A stretch of 64,000 nucleotides of DNA from an uncultured Verrucomicrobiota bacterium (lineage in GTDB: Bacteria; Verrucomicrobiota; Verrucomicrobiia; Limisphaerales; UBA1412): contig CAZSTC010000002.1 of NCBI GenBank assembly GCA_964609795.1, forward strand, positions 29,849 to 93,848. Direction: 5' to 3'. Position numbers and translations under genes: made by a program. This document shows, one piece after another, positions 10,429-20,125 of the stretch. Position 1 is the first letter of the stretch, and the number at the start of each line of letters is the position of its first letter. The notes beneath the pieces were generated by a model that saw nothing but the letters and a program-made list of their open reading frames with translations, ran no database searches and had not been told where the DNA came from.

Positions 10429-11838
10429 TTAATTGTTTGAACCTTGATTGGGGACTTTTTCAGATTGAGGCGACAGCTCAATTGCGCCTTTCCAGCCAAA
10501 ATGCGCTTTAAAATAATAAAGAGGATTCAATTCCGAGAGAGCCCGAGGGGATTCATTTACTGAGGACTGATAGGTCATGTCTTCAGGCTTAAAATCCACG
10601 AAGTTCATTTGCCTTATTTCAAAGGCATTTCGGAGCATTCTGATACGGTTCCAATCAAAACCCACACAGCGTGCCACGGCACAATCCACCGCAAGCGGAT
10701 GAGTTCCGGCTATAATTAAACCTGACCGCACAGGGTCCGGAGACATCGGTCCATTGCCCTCACCTCCAATAATACCATCCACTATTGTCAAATAACGAAG
10801 TGGCTTAACCCGAGGCTGAGCTGCTCCATTAAAGTAAAAAAAACCTTTGTTCAAATCCAGTACCATCCGCCAACAGGTATCGTTGCCATACCAGTTGCCG
10901 GACCGCACTACACTTTGAGTGTCACCAAAAAAAAAGCGCCCCAAGGATTTGATGGGCACAAAAACTCGTGCTAAAAGCGGATACTTAACCATCCAACGCT
11001 TAGCTGCCCCCATCCAGGAGTGCTCCAGTTTTGCCTTAGTTGTGCTGGAGGGAAACTGATCCCCCCCCAGATCCGGGGTCCCCTCGGTATGATGAGGAAG
11101 CCAATTTTTATTGGCATTAATACCGACTAAATTTTTCAAAGCGCACGTAATGCCCACTTTTTTATGGGTTTTCATTTTCGGAATGTTGATAAAAACATCC
11201 GCATCCATAGGTGTGCGGCAAAGCAGGTATTCATGATTACTGTTCGCGTGCTTTCGGTTTGTTTCACCCACATCGACCGAAGCACCGAAAAGTTTTCCCA
11301 AACCTTTAAATTGAAAAAATTCACTGGCTTCATCTAAATGGAGGTGAGTTGACCCCTGAGGGTCACCGGGAAGCTTCTTTTTGGAAACAGTTATCCCATC
11401 AACCCCATGCCATTCCTCAGGACGAAGGTCCAAGAGAGAAATGCTAACTTTCGGATGCAAACTTCGAAGCCGCTCGATCATCTCATCCAACTTGCAATAC
11501 TCACGAATTTTTTCAAAGGAGGAATCGGTCTGAGGGGCATCGCAAATTGTAATTTTCCCGGATTCATTCAGCCGTGAAGCAGCCCAATCGGCGGTTGCTT
11601 CAATTACGCTTGGGTGTGTAATCACGTGCTCCCAATTGCCGGGCATGGGATGGCGTTCATCGTGTTCCTTAACCCAATTGGGCTTAATCACCACATGGTC
11701 CCCCGGAGAAATAAAAGACTCTGATAGATGTAATATATCAATAGCCTGAAGCACTAGCGTTTTTACATCTGAACGGTTTGCATAATCTGTGCAACCTTTA
11801 CAAATCGCTACATTAGAAGGAAGAGGATGGTTTTTCAT
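10429..11838 (-). CDS. DUF362 domain-containing protein
   Basis: VVIKPNWV and KMKTHKKVGITCALKNLVGI motifs typical of DUF362. The start ATG overlaps the acpS stop (ATGA). Confidence 0.7.
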   Translation of the reverse strand: MKNHPLPSNVAICKGCTDYANRSDVKTLVLQAIDILHLSESFISPGDHVVIKPNWVKEHDERHPMPGNWEHVITHPSVIEATADWAASRLNESGKITICDAPQTDSSFEKIREYCKLDEMIERLRSLHPKVSISLLDLRPEEWHGVDGITVSKKKLPGDPQGSTHLHLDEASEFFQFKGLGKLFGASVDVGETNRKHANSNHEYLLCRTPMDADVFINIPKMKTHKKVGITCALKNLVGINANKNWLPHHTEGTPDLGGDQFPSSTTKAKLEHSWMGAAKRWMVKYPLLARVFVPIKSLGRFFFGDTQSVVRSGNWYGNDTCWRMVLDLNKGFFYFNGAAQPRVKPLRYLTIVDGIIGGEGNGPMSPDPVRSGLIIAGTHPLAVDCAVARCVGFDWNRIRMLRNAFEIRQMNFVDFKPEDMTYQSSVNESPRALSELNPLYYFKAHFGWKGAIELSPQSEKVPNQGSNN

Positions 11839-12263
11839 GTCAAAGACGTGGTTTCATTTGGTTTTTGAGGCATCGTATTAGAAACATAAGACTCCAGAAC
11901 GACAAATGAGATTGCGTGAGATTCTGTATGAGAGAGTGAGACGTGGATATGTGATATTTGACGTTCTCGCTGAATTATTGCTGCTTCATCGTGGAGGATA
12001 AAAAAAGGGGCTCCATTTTCAGCAGACGAGATTTCTACATTTTGAAAATTAACCTCCCCAAAAATACCTGTTCCCAAAGCTTTGGCTAAGGCCTCTTTTG
12101 CGGCAAAACGGGCCGCTATTTTTTGAATCCTATTGGCGGAAGCGTTACAGCATTGAATTTCATCAGGACGTAAAATTTTCCTGAGAAAAACGTCGCCGAA
12201 CTTTTCTACCAAACGCCCTATTCTCTTAACCTCTACTATGTCTGTACCGACACCTACTACCAT
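11835..12263 (-). CDS. acpS: Holo-[acyl-carrier-protein] synthase (4'-phosphopantetheinyl transferase)
   Basis: VGVGTDIVEVKRI...RFAAKEALAKALGTG matches the AcpS family. ATG 12263 is preceded by AGGAAG at a 5-nt spacing. The ORF track starts two codons earlier at GTG 12269. The C-terminal tail is ~20 aa longer than I expect for AcpS. Confidence 0.9.
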   Translation of the reverse strand: MVVGVGTDIVEVKRIGRLVEKFGDVFLRKILRPDEIQCCNASANRIQKIAARFAAKEALAKALGTGIFGEVNFQNVEISSAENGAPFFILHDEAAIIQRERQISHIHVSLSHTESHAISFVVLESYVSNTMPQKPNETTSLT

Positions 12264-12272
12264 AATCACTTC

Positions 12273-12635
12273 CTACAGAATCAATTTTATGGCGACAAAA
12301 ATGAGCAGTAAACCAAATATCTTTTTTAATACAGGAACGCTTAGCCAGTGGCAAAGATATACACCCAGCTGAGCGCCAACGATAGCTCCTATCACAATCA
12401 GAATGATAAGCCCCCAATGTGTGATAGGAGACTCTTTCAAATGTCCAAATACTCCGGAAAGAGCCGTCGGAATAATTACGATTAGAGAGGCAATAACAGC
12501 TTGTCTGAAATCAAATTTGAGCAAAGTGAGCATTAAAGGGATCAAAACAACGCCCCCTCCAATACCCAAAAGCCCACTGGTGGTCCCGGCTATCAAACCT
12601 ACAAGCACGGCCAATATACAAGTTAATAGAGCCAT
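12273..12635 (-). CDS. Half-size TSUP (TauE/SafE, DUF81) family membrane protein
   Basis: 120 aa with about 4 hydrophobic spans. The GLLGIGGGVVLIPLM motif is typical of TauE/SafE. Its ATG directly abuts the upstream stop (TAAATG). Confidence 0.7.
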   Translation of the reverse strand: MALLTCILAVLVGLIAGTTSGLLGIGGGVVLIPLMLTLLKFDFRQAVIASLIVIIPTALSGVFGHLKESPITHWGLIILIVIGAIVGAQLGVYLCHWLSVPVLKKIFGLLLIFVAIKLIL

Positions 12636-14297
12636 TTATTCAATTTCTCTTGTTACTTTCCTCACCCTTCCGGACAAAATAAAAAGCAATCCAGCCACTC
12701 CCAGCGCAAACCAGACTATCTTCATAAACTGCTCGGAAATCAGCACCCCTTGGCTCTTTTTTTGATCCGCAATGGGTGAAGCTTGCTGCGTCATAATTGT
12801 TCCTTCTTTTTGCGAAATATCCGTGGCTGGAGGAACAGCTATTGCCGGCGTTTCAACAGATTCGACAATTGCAACAGAGGGCTGAGCATTGTCGACTTCG
12901 TGGATATTACCGGCGATAAGCCCCGCTATTAAATTGCCCAGCGCACTGGATAAAAACCAGATGCCCATCATCTGCCCAACCAATCTTTTTGGAGAAAGTT
13001 TGGAAACTGTACTTAGTCCTACAGGGCTCAAACAAAGCTCTCCCAGTGTATGAATAAGATAGGTGGAAATCAACCACGTAGGCCATACCTGCACCTGGTC
13101 ATTCACGATTCGAGCGCCTGCAGCTATAACTAAAAAGCCTAAAGCCAGCAAAAGCAGACCAATAGCAAATTTGATGATAAGCGGTGGGTTGCAATTGTAC
13201 TTGGCCAATGCAGGCCATGCAGAAGCAACCATCGGCGCCAGAAGAACAATGAAAATAGGGTTCAGCGATTGAAACCAGCTTGCAGGTACAGGATTCAAAT
13301 AACTGACCCATGCGGCAGGTAAAATTGCGGTCAATGCACCTAAATCACGGTAAGTATAGCGCTCAGCAAAGATGTTTAAAGATGAGCCTGCCTGCTCAAA
13401 ACCAGAAAAGAACATAGCCGATGCCACAAAAAGCAAAACGATCACACCAACCCGCTTCATTTCTCCCTTTGTAAGCCCGGCAAAAAGAAAAGCATACAAA
13501 AAAAATGCCAGCGCTAAACCTAAAATCAGAATTGCAGCCTTTTCTGCTAGCAGGATTGGATTTAGAGAAACAGCTCCCGTCAGACATAGGCTTGCACCCA
13601 GCACTAAAACAAAGATCCCAACAACTAGGATGATCCAATCGCGTTTCTTTCCGATTGAACTCTCATCGAGTTTACGAGAATTAATTTTTACATTTATTTT
13701 TCCTATATCACCTAAATAATGACCTGTTAGCTTGAATTGAATCAGACCCAGAATCATTCCTACCCCTGCGGCTCCAAAACCTAAATGCCAGTTGATATTC
13801 TCACCCAGGTACCCCACCAGAACAGATCCGAGGGCTGCTCCCACATTGATCCCCATATAGAAGATTGTAAATCCAGAATCTTGCCTTACCCCTCCCTCCG
13901 GATAAAGTTGGCCAACCATTACGCTGATGTTGGGCTTAAGCAAACCCGTTCCCATGACAACTAAAAGCAGGCCAAGAAAAAAAGTATGAATAGACGGAAG
14001 CACCAGGGTGAACTGTCCGATAATGATCAAAATGCCGCCCAAAAAAACAGCGTTACGAGCACCAATAAGCCGATCAGCCACCCACCCTCCCGGTAGGGAG
14101 GCTAAATAAATTGAAGCAGTATAGAGTCCATAAATAGCAGTGGCAGTTTTGTCGTTTAACCCCAAACCTCCATTTTGGACAAGGGCCGTGAGAAATAGAA
14201 CGAGAAGACCTCTCATCCCATAAAAACTGAAGCGTTCCCACATCTCTGTAAAAAAAAGTGTGCGAAGCCCCCGGGGGTGGTTATTAAAACCTAACAT
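12636..14297 (-). CDS. POT/PTR2-family proton-dependent oligopeptide transporter
   Basis: FFTEMWERFSFYGMRGLL (the ExxERFxYY motif) and 12-14 hydrophobic spans. Confidence 0.9.
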   Translation of the reverse strand: MLGFNNHPRGLRTLFFTEMWERFSFYGMRGLLVLFLTALVQNGGLGLNDKTATAIYGLYTASIYLASLPGGWVADRLIGARNAVFLGGILIIIGQFTLVLPSIHTFFLGLLLVVMGTGLLKPNISVMVGQLYPEGGVRQDSGFTIFYMGINVGAALGSVLVGYLGENINWHLGFGAAGVGMILGLIQFKLTGHYLGDIGKINVKINSRKLDESSIGKKRDWIILVVGIFVLVLGASLCLTGAVSLNPILLAEKAAILILGLALAFFLYAFLFAGLTKGEMKRVGVIVLLFVASAMFFSGFEQAGSSLNIFAERYTYRDLGALTAILPAAWVSYLNPVPASWFQSLNPIFIVLLAPMVASAWPALAKYNCNPPLIIKFAIGLLLLALGFLVIAAGARIVNDQVQVWPTWLISTYLIHTLGELCLSPVGLSTVSKLSPKRLVGQMMGIWFLSSALGNLIAGLIAGNIHEVDNAQPSVAIVESVETPAIAVPPATDISQKEGTIMTQQASPIADQKKSQGVLISEQFMKIVWFALGVAGLLFILSGRVRKVTREIE

Positions 14298-14350
14298 CCT
14301 GAAGTTTAGTATAAGAAAGTATAGCTGTAGTTCAAATTTTTAATTCTCAA

Positions 14351-14386
14351 ATATTGAAGAAAAGAGGCGATTACATGAATCGCCTC
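14351..14386 (-). terminator. Rho-independent terminator downstream of carB
   Basis: Perfect 9-bp stem GAGGCGATT / AATCGCCTC (14364-14372 / 14378-14386) with a 5-nt loop, 29 nt after the carB stop. On the minus strand it is followed by TTTTCTTCAATATTT. Confidence 0.75.
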
Positions 14387-14415
14387 ACACACACTAACGC
14401 ACTGAAATATTACTG

Positions 14416-17400
14416 TTACTCTGTAGCAGCAAGTTCAGCGTGATATTCCTGAATCGATTTAATAACGGGTTTGCCCTGCTTCATTGCAGCAATTCCAAGA
14501 GCCGATGCATAAGCAGCCGCTGTCGTCGTGATGTAAGGGACCTTCAGCTTTACGGCAATTCTCCGGATTGCACCATCGTCGTCCTGGCTCTTTTTGCCTA
14601 GAGGCGTATTAATGACGAGTTGTATTTGCTTACTCATGACCTCATCAGCCACATTGGGTCGCTGTTGAGAGTGAATTTTGTGGGTTAATGTGCAATTAAT
14701 CCCATTCGCCTTCAAAAACTTGAAAGTTCCTTCAGTGGCCTTGATTTGAAAACCGATCTCCTGGAATTTTTGTGCAGCGCGCAGTATGTCTCCCTTATCA
14801 CTATCTGCAACAGAAATGAACACGGTCCCTTGCAGCGGTAAAGGAGGCTGAGCCGCCTCTTCCGCTTTGAAGTAAGCCATACCAAAACTGGGCGCCATAC
14901 CCAGCACTTCACCCGTAGAGCGCATCTCCGGTCCAAGCACTGGATCTACTTCAGGAAACATTGCAAAAGGAATCACTGCTTCCTTAACTCCGAAATAGGG
15001 TATCTTACGTTCCTTGAGCCCCATCTCTTTTAGTTTTACCCCTAGCATTAACTGGGTTGCTAAACTCGCCATAGGCACATTGCATACCTTCGAAACTAGT
15101 GGAACCGTACGCGATGCTCTTGGATTCGCCTCAATTACGTAGACGACATCGTTCGCAATGGCGTATTGGATATTCATCACTCCTTTGACATTAAGCGAGG
15201 ATCCAATCCGGACTGAATACTCTTTAATTGTCTGGATATGTTTTTCTGATAGCGTTACAGGAGGGATGGCGCTTGCGGAGTCTCCGGAGTGAATCCCTGC
15301 CAGCTCAATATGCTCCATCACTGCCGGAACAAAAGCATCTGTCCCATCAGCCAATGAATCAGCTTCGGCCTCTATCGCATTTTCCAGAAAACGGTCAATA
15401 AGAATTGGGCGATCGGGAGTCACCCCCACCGCATTGGCTACATATAGCTCAAGCGCCTCCTGGTCATAGACGATCTCCATTCCGCGCCCCCCCAACACAT
15501 AGCTGGGACGCAACATCAATGGATAGCCAATTCGTTTGGCAACTTCTTTAGCCTCTTCCAAATTGATGGCCATTCCGGACGCCGGCATCGGAATCCCCAA
15601 ATTATCCATCATCTTGCGGAACCGGTCCCGATCCTCTGCCAAATCAATCATATCGGGAGAAGTACCCAGTATTTTGACCCCGGCAGCAGCAAGCTGATTT
15701 GCAAGGTTAAGCGGAGTTTGCCCACCAAACTGAACAATCACTCCTTCTGGCTTCTCCGACTCATAAATATTCAGGACATCTTCCACGGTTAGCGGTTCGA
15801 AGTATAGCTTGTCAGAAGTATCGTAATCAGTTGAAACGGTCTCTGGGTTACAGTTGACCATTATCGTCTCATACCCCATTTTGCGAAGTTGGAAAGCAGC
15901 ATGGACGCAGCAGTAATCGAACTCGATTCCTTGGCCAATGCGGTTCGGGCCACCGCCCAAAACCATAATCTTCTTGCGGTCGCTCCGCTCCACTTGACAC
16001 TCATCTGAATTGTAAGTCGAATAATAGTAGGAAGCATTTTCAACTCCGCTGACGTGTACTTTATGCCACGTCTGATTAACCCCTAAAGCAATACGTCTCT
16101 TACGGACCTGTTCTTCACGGAGCCCCAGAATCTGAGCCAAGTATTTATCAGCAAACCCATCTTTTTTGGCTTTGATCAACATTTCATCCGGGGGAAGTGC
16201 TCCTTTATACTGAAGCAGGTGTTCTTCGAAAACCACCAACTCCTTCATTATTTCTATGAATAATGGTCTGATTTTAGTCAGTTGACTCAGTTGTTCAACT
16301 GTGGCCCCTTTTCGAAGAGCCTCATACATGACCCACTGGCGTTCGCTGGTGGGATAAGTCAATTTAGCCAAGAGATCATTCAAGGATAATTGATTATAGT
16401 TCTTTGCAAACCCGAGACCATGCCGGCCATTTTCCAAGGAGCGAATTGCCTTTTGGAAAGCTTCTTTATAGTTCTTTCCAATGCTCATAACCTCTCCAAC
16501 AGCCTTCATTTGCGTTCCGAGCTTATCCTCCGCACCTTTGAACTTCTCAAAGGCCCAACGGGAAAACTTGATAACTACATAATCATCGGCAGCTGCATAC
16601 TGCTCCAAGGAACCGCCTCTCCAATAGGGTATGTCAGACAATGTTAACCCCCCGGCCAGTTTGGCTGAAACCATGGCTATCGGAAATCCTGTAGCTTTTG
16701 AGGCTAGTGCTGAGGAGCGAGACGTCCTGGGGTTGATTTCAATAATCACCACTCTCCCTGTTTCTGGATCATGAGCAAATTGAACATTGGTTCCACCAAT
16801 CACTTTAATCTCCTCAACGATCCGGAACGCATACTCTCTGAGCTTGGCTTGCAACTCCGAAGAAACCGTCATCATCGGAACTACACAGAAGCTGTCGCCT
16901 GTATGGACACCCATGGGATCAATGTTCTCTATCAGGCAAATCGATAGCATTTTCCCATGCGAATCTCGGACTACTTCCACTTCGAGCTCATCCCAGCCCA
17001 ATACAGACTCCTCAATCAAAACCTGGTTGACAATCGAAGCTGCCAAGCCTCTGCTGGCAACTGTGCGGAGTTCCTCAACATTGTAAACCAATCCGCCGCC
17101 AGTCCCCCCCATCGTATAAGCGGGACGGATCACCACGGGATAGCCCAGATCGGCTGCGACAACTTCAGCTTCTTCAACACTGTGAACAGCTTTGCTTCTG
17201 GGCATATCTATTCCCAGATGCTGCATAGTTTCCTTGAAAAGAGTGCGGTCTTCTCCTTTTTCTATCGCGTCAGCCTCCACGCCAATAATCTTTACGCCAT
17301 ATTTCTCCAGCACTCCCGCTTTGTCCAATTGAGAACTAAGATTGAGGGCCGTTTGCCCTCCCAAGTTTGGAAGCAAGGCATCCGGTCGCTCTTTTGCGAT

Positions 17401-17631
17401 GATCTCTGTGAGTGTTGCCAGATTCAGAGGCTCAATATATGTAACATCAGCCATTGCGGGATCCGTCATGATTGTGGCCGGATTCGAATTGACTAATACT
17501 ATAGAAAAACCCATTTGCCTGAGAGCTTTACAAGCTTGGGTTCCTGAATAGTCAAACTCACAAGCTTGACCAATGATGATAGGGCCTGAACCAATAATGA
17601 GAACCTTTTTGATATGATCGAGTTTTGGCAT
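14416..17631 (-). CDS. carB: Carbamoyl-phosphate synthase large subunit
   Basis: 1071 aa. The N-terminus MPKLDHIKKVLIIGSGPIIIGQACEFDYSGTQA is followed by two ATP-grasp halves and a C-terminal MGS-like domain. Confidence 0.97.
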   Translation of the reverse strand: MPKLDHIKKVLIIGSGPIIIGQACEFDYSGTQACKALRQMGFSIVLVNSNPATIMTDPAMADVTYIEPLNLATLTEIIAKERPDALLPNLGGQTALNLSSQLDKAGVLEKYGVKIIGVEADAIEKGEDRTLFKETMQHLGIDMPRSKAVHSVEEAEVVAADLGYPVVIRPAYTMGGTGGGLVYNVEELRTVASRGLAASIVNQVLIEESVLGWDELEVEVVRDSHGKMLSICLIENIDPMGVHTGDSFCVVPMMTVSSELQAKLREYAFRIVEEIKVIGGTNVQFAHDPETGRVVIIEINPRTSRSSALASKATGFPIAMVSAKLAGGLTLSDIPYWRGGSLEQYAAADDYVVIKFSRWAFEKFKGAEDKLGTQMKAVGEVMSIGKNYKEAFQKAIRSLENGRHGLGFAKNYNQLSLNDLLAKLTYPTSERQWVMYEALRKGATVEQLSQLTKIRPLFIEIMKELVVFEEHLLQYKGALPPDEMLIKAKKDGFADKYLAQILGLREEQVRKRRIALGVNQTWHKVHVSGVENASYYYSTYNSDECQVERSDRKKIMVLGGGPNRIGQGIEFDYCCVHAAFQLRKMGYETIMVNCNPETVSTDYDTSDKLYFEPLTVEDVLNIYESEKPEGVIVQFGGQTPLNLANQLAAAGVKILGTSPDMIDLAEDRDRFRKMMDNLGIPMPASGMAINLEEAKEVAKRIGYPLMLRPSYVLGGRGMEIVYDQEALELYVANAVGVTPDRPILIDRFLENAIEAEADSLADGTDAFVPAVMEHIELAGIHSGDSASAIPPVTLSEKHIQTIKEYSVRIGSSLNVKGVMNIQYAIANDVVYVIEANPRASRTVPLVSKVCNVPMASLATQLMLGVKLKEMGLKERKIPYFGVKEAVIPFAMFPEVDPVLGPEMRSTGEVLGMAPSFGMAYFKAEEAAQPPLPLQGTVFISVADSDKGDILRAAQKFQEIGFQIKATEGTFKFLKANGINCTLTHKIHSQQRPNVADEVMSKQIQLVINTPLGKKSQDDDGAIRRIAVKLKVPYITTTAAAYASALGIAAMKQGKPVIKSIQEYHAELAATE

Positions 17632-18100
17632 GTTTTCAGAGTGTGATGGCGTTGTTGAGGTACTATACCTCCGCGCAATACAAGCGAGAACGCTTGCTGG
17701 CGTAACGCCAATTCACTGAGGCGCTAGTTTCTCATATTTTCTTTAGGGCGTCCAGCGTGAACTTTCGCTTATTTATAACTACACTAAAATTTTTTTTTCA
17801 CGCCCCACTCACGGGCCACCCCACCTTCTCACTCATCGTAATTCAGGATGGTTTTAATTGACAAAAGAGAAAGAATTTAAAAAGACCTCTCCCTTAACAA
17901 ATTGAATAAAAACTCAAAACAACGATATATCAATATTAATTGATAATTATTTTGAATCTTGTTGAAAGACAGACTGATCAGAAAAATACGCATAATTTGC
18001 TCATAATGAGACACTTGTCTTATATTCCTCATTTGCAGACAAGGAGAAGCTTCTGCGTTGATTTGATTCTATACATATACTAGAATCGTCACTGAGCTGT

Positions 18101-19111
18101 ATGAAACACTCACACGATTTTGAAAAACCTATTCTGGAACTCCAACAGAAACTGACTGAGCTTAAAAATCAAGCATTAAGCTCAGCAAAACCCTCGGCTT
18201 TCAAAGCTAAAATACATAGGTTAGAAAAACAACTGGAAGATACTCAGAAGAGCGTTTACAGCAAGCTGACGGCGTGGCAACGAATTCAAATAGCGCGGCA
18301 TCCTCAACGCCCTTACACTCTGGATTACATCAAAAGAATTTTCACAGATTTTATTGAACTGCATGGTGACCGAAGATTTAGTGATGATCATGCAATGATT
18401 GGCGGATTTGCGTCACTCGACGGACAGAACGTCATGGTAATAGGCACTCAAAAGGGGCGTGACACTAGGGAGAATATTTATCGAAACTTTGGATGTGCAC
18501 ACCCGGAGGGATATCGAAAATCTATCCGTCTTATGAAACTGGCCGATAAGTTTTCTGTCCCCATTATCACTTTGATTGATACTGCCGGTGCCTTTCCCGG
18601 AATAAGCTCCGAAGAACGCCACATCGCCGAGGCGATAGCGGTGAATCTTAGAGATATGTTTCCCCTGAAGGTACCAATTATCAGCGTGGTTATCGGTGAA
18701 GGGGGCAGCGGAGGAGCGCTGGGAATCGGCATAGCAAACCGCGTTCTTATCTTGGAAAACGCCTACTACTCAGTCATTAGCCCGGAAGGGTGCGCCGCTA
18801 TTCTTTGGAAGGATAAAAGTGCGACGCCAAAAGCTGCGGAAGCTCTTAAGGTCACAGCTAAAGATTTGTTAGAGTTTGGGATCGTTGACGAGATTGTCGG
18901 AGAGCCGCCCAGCGGAGCTCACTCTGACCACACAGGCGCAGCCCTCTTGTTGAAGCAAGCACTGCTAATTCACTTGGAACAACTCAAAAAACTCTCTTAT
19001 GAAGAACTCATAGCCGATCGCTACAAAAAATTCCGTGCGTTGGGGCGCTTCATTGAAATTCCCGATGTTGATTCCATGGAAGAAATGAAGAAAACCACTC
19101 AAGCGCCATAA
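18101..19111 (+). CDS. accA: Acetyl-CoA carboxylase carboxyltransferase subunit alpha
   Basis: GDRRFSDDHAMIGGFASLDGQNVMVIGTQKGRDTRENIYRNFGCAHPEGYRKSIRLMKLADKFSVPIITLIDTAGAFPG aligns closely with my memory of E. coli AccA. Confidence 0.95.
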   Translation: MKHSHDFEKPILELQQKLTELKNQALSSAKPSAFKAKIHRLEKQLEDTQKSVYSKLTAWQRIQIARHPQRPYTLDYIKRIFTDFIELHGDRRFSDDHAMIGGFASLDGQNVMVIGTQKGRDTRENIYRNFGCAHPEGYRKSIRLMKLADKFSVPIITLIDTAGAFPGISSEERHIAEAIAVNLRDMFPLKVPIISVVIGEGGSGGALGIGIANRVLILENAYYSVISPEGCAAILWKDKSATPKAAEALKVTAKDLLEFGIVDEIVGEPPSGAHSDHTGAALLLKQALLIHLEQLKKLSYEELIADRYKKFRALGRFIEIPDVDSMEEMKKTTQAP

Positions 19112-19123
19112 ATAAAGGTCGAA

Positions 19124-20113
19124 ATGGAATCTTTGTATCCGCTAACATTTGAGCCAATCCTCCTGGAACGCATATGGGGGGGCAGGAAGCTCGAATCCAA
19201 TTACAATAAAAAGCTTCCTCCACACGCACCTATTGGCGAATCCTGGGAAGTGTCAGACCGTCCGGGGGCAGAAAGTATTGTAGCTAACGGGACGCTGCAA
19301 GGGCTGACATTGCGCTGGCTGATGGAACACCAGAGACAATCGATAATGGGTAAGGCTAAGGATACGAAGGGACGCTTCCCTCTTCTGGTAAAAATACTGG
19401 ATGCCCAAGAAGATCTCTCTGTCCAAGTCCACCCCCCCGGAAATCTGGCTGACTCGTTAGGCGGCGAGAGCAAAACTGAAATGTGGAGGGTCACTCATTC
19501 AGATGCCAACGCCCATATCTTTACCGGCTTCAAAAAAGGAATTACCCGGGAAACGTTCCTGAAGGCTATTGAGGAAAAAAAAGTTCCTCCCCTATTGCAC
19601 TGTAATTATGTAAAAGAAGGTGACGCCATCCTGATCCCCTCAGGGGGAGTACATTCGTTAGGGGCTGGAACTATGGTATTCGAGTTTCAGGAGAATTCCG
19701 ACACCACATACCGTGCCTATGATTGGGATCGCGTGGATTCTCAAGGGAACTCTAGGAAACTCCATTTAGAGGAAGCTCTAAAGAGTATTGATTTCAACTA
19801 CGTCGAGCCCCCTTTGATTCAATCAAAGTTTTCCAGAAATAAAACACTGAGTTCCCGCTTCCTGGTTAATGATCCTGCTTTCATCTGTGATGAATACCTG
19901 GTAAAGAAAAACCAGCGTTTTTATATCACCACTACTGTCCCCGTTATTTTGGGTATTATTTCCGGTGAGCTCATCCTCTCGGGAAACGGTCAATCTCTCA
20001 ATTTAAAACCAGGGTGTTTTGCATTACTGCCACCAGGACTGGAAAAAACAACGATTGAATCCATCAGCAAAACAAATTATTTAATGTGCCAACCTCACGC
20101 CACAGAGAGTTGA
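19124..20113 (+). CDS. manA: Type I phosphomannose isomerase (mannose-6-phosphate isomerase)
   Basis: ERIWGG near the N-terminus, the metal-site motif LSVQVHPP, and YRAYDWDR, as in short bacterial class I PMIs. Confidence 0.8.
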   Translation: MESLYPLTFEPILLERIWGGRKLESNYNKKLPPHAPIGESWEVSDRPGAESIVANGTLQGLTLRWLMEHQRQSIMGKAKDTKGRFPLLVKILDAQEDLSVQVHPPGNLADSLGGESKTEMWRVTHSDANAHIFTGFKKGITRETFLKAIEEKKVPPLLHCNYVKEGDAILIPSGGVHSLGAGTMVFEFQENSDTTYRAYDWDRVDSQGNSRKLHLEEALKSIDFNYVEPPLIQSKFSRNKTLSSRFLVNDPAFICDEYLVKKNQRFYITTTVPVILGIISGELILSGNGQSLNLKPGCFALLPPGLEKTTIESISKTNYLMCQPHATES

Positions 20114-20125
20114 CAACCATCGAGT

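Noticed and set aside
11061-11068. A C8 (G8 on the coding strand) homopolymer inside the DUF362 gene, as a possible phase-variation tract.
   Set aside because: C7 tracts also occur inside carB (17104-17110) and manA (19432-19438), so such runs are not special to contingency-type genes here. The frame is intact, and length variation cannot be shown from a single sequence.
16957-17496. Long ORFs lying antisense to, or out of frame within, large genes. Examples: 179 aa antisense to carB, 8218-8691 antisense to GH95, 51419-51892 out of frame in the symporter gene, 54137-54604 antisense to the 700-aa hydrolase gene, and 60649-61113 antisense to the 1024-aa orphan.
   Set aside because: Each lies entirely inside a gene with strong family signatures or an uninterrupted multi-kb frame. 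Their translations are low-complexity and Arg/Ser/Pro-rich, typical of shadow ORFs, and they show no recognisable motifs.
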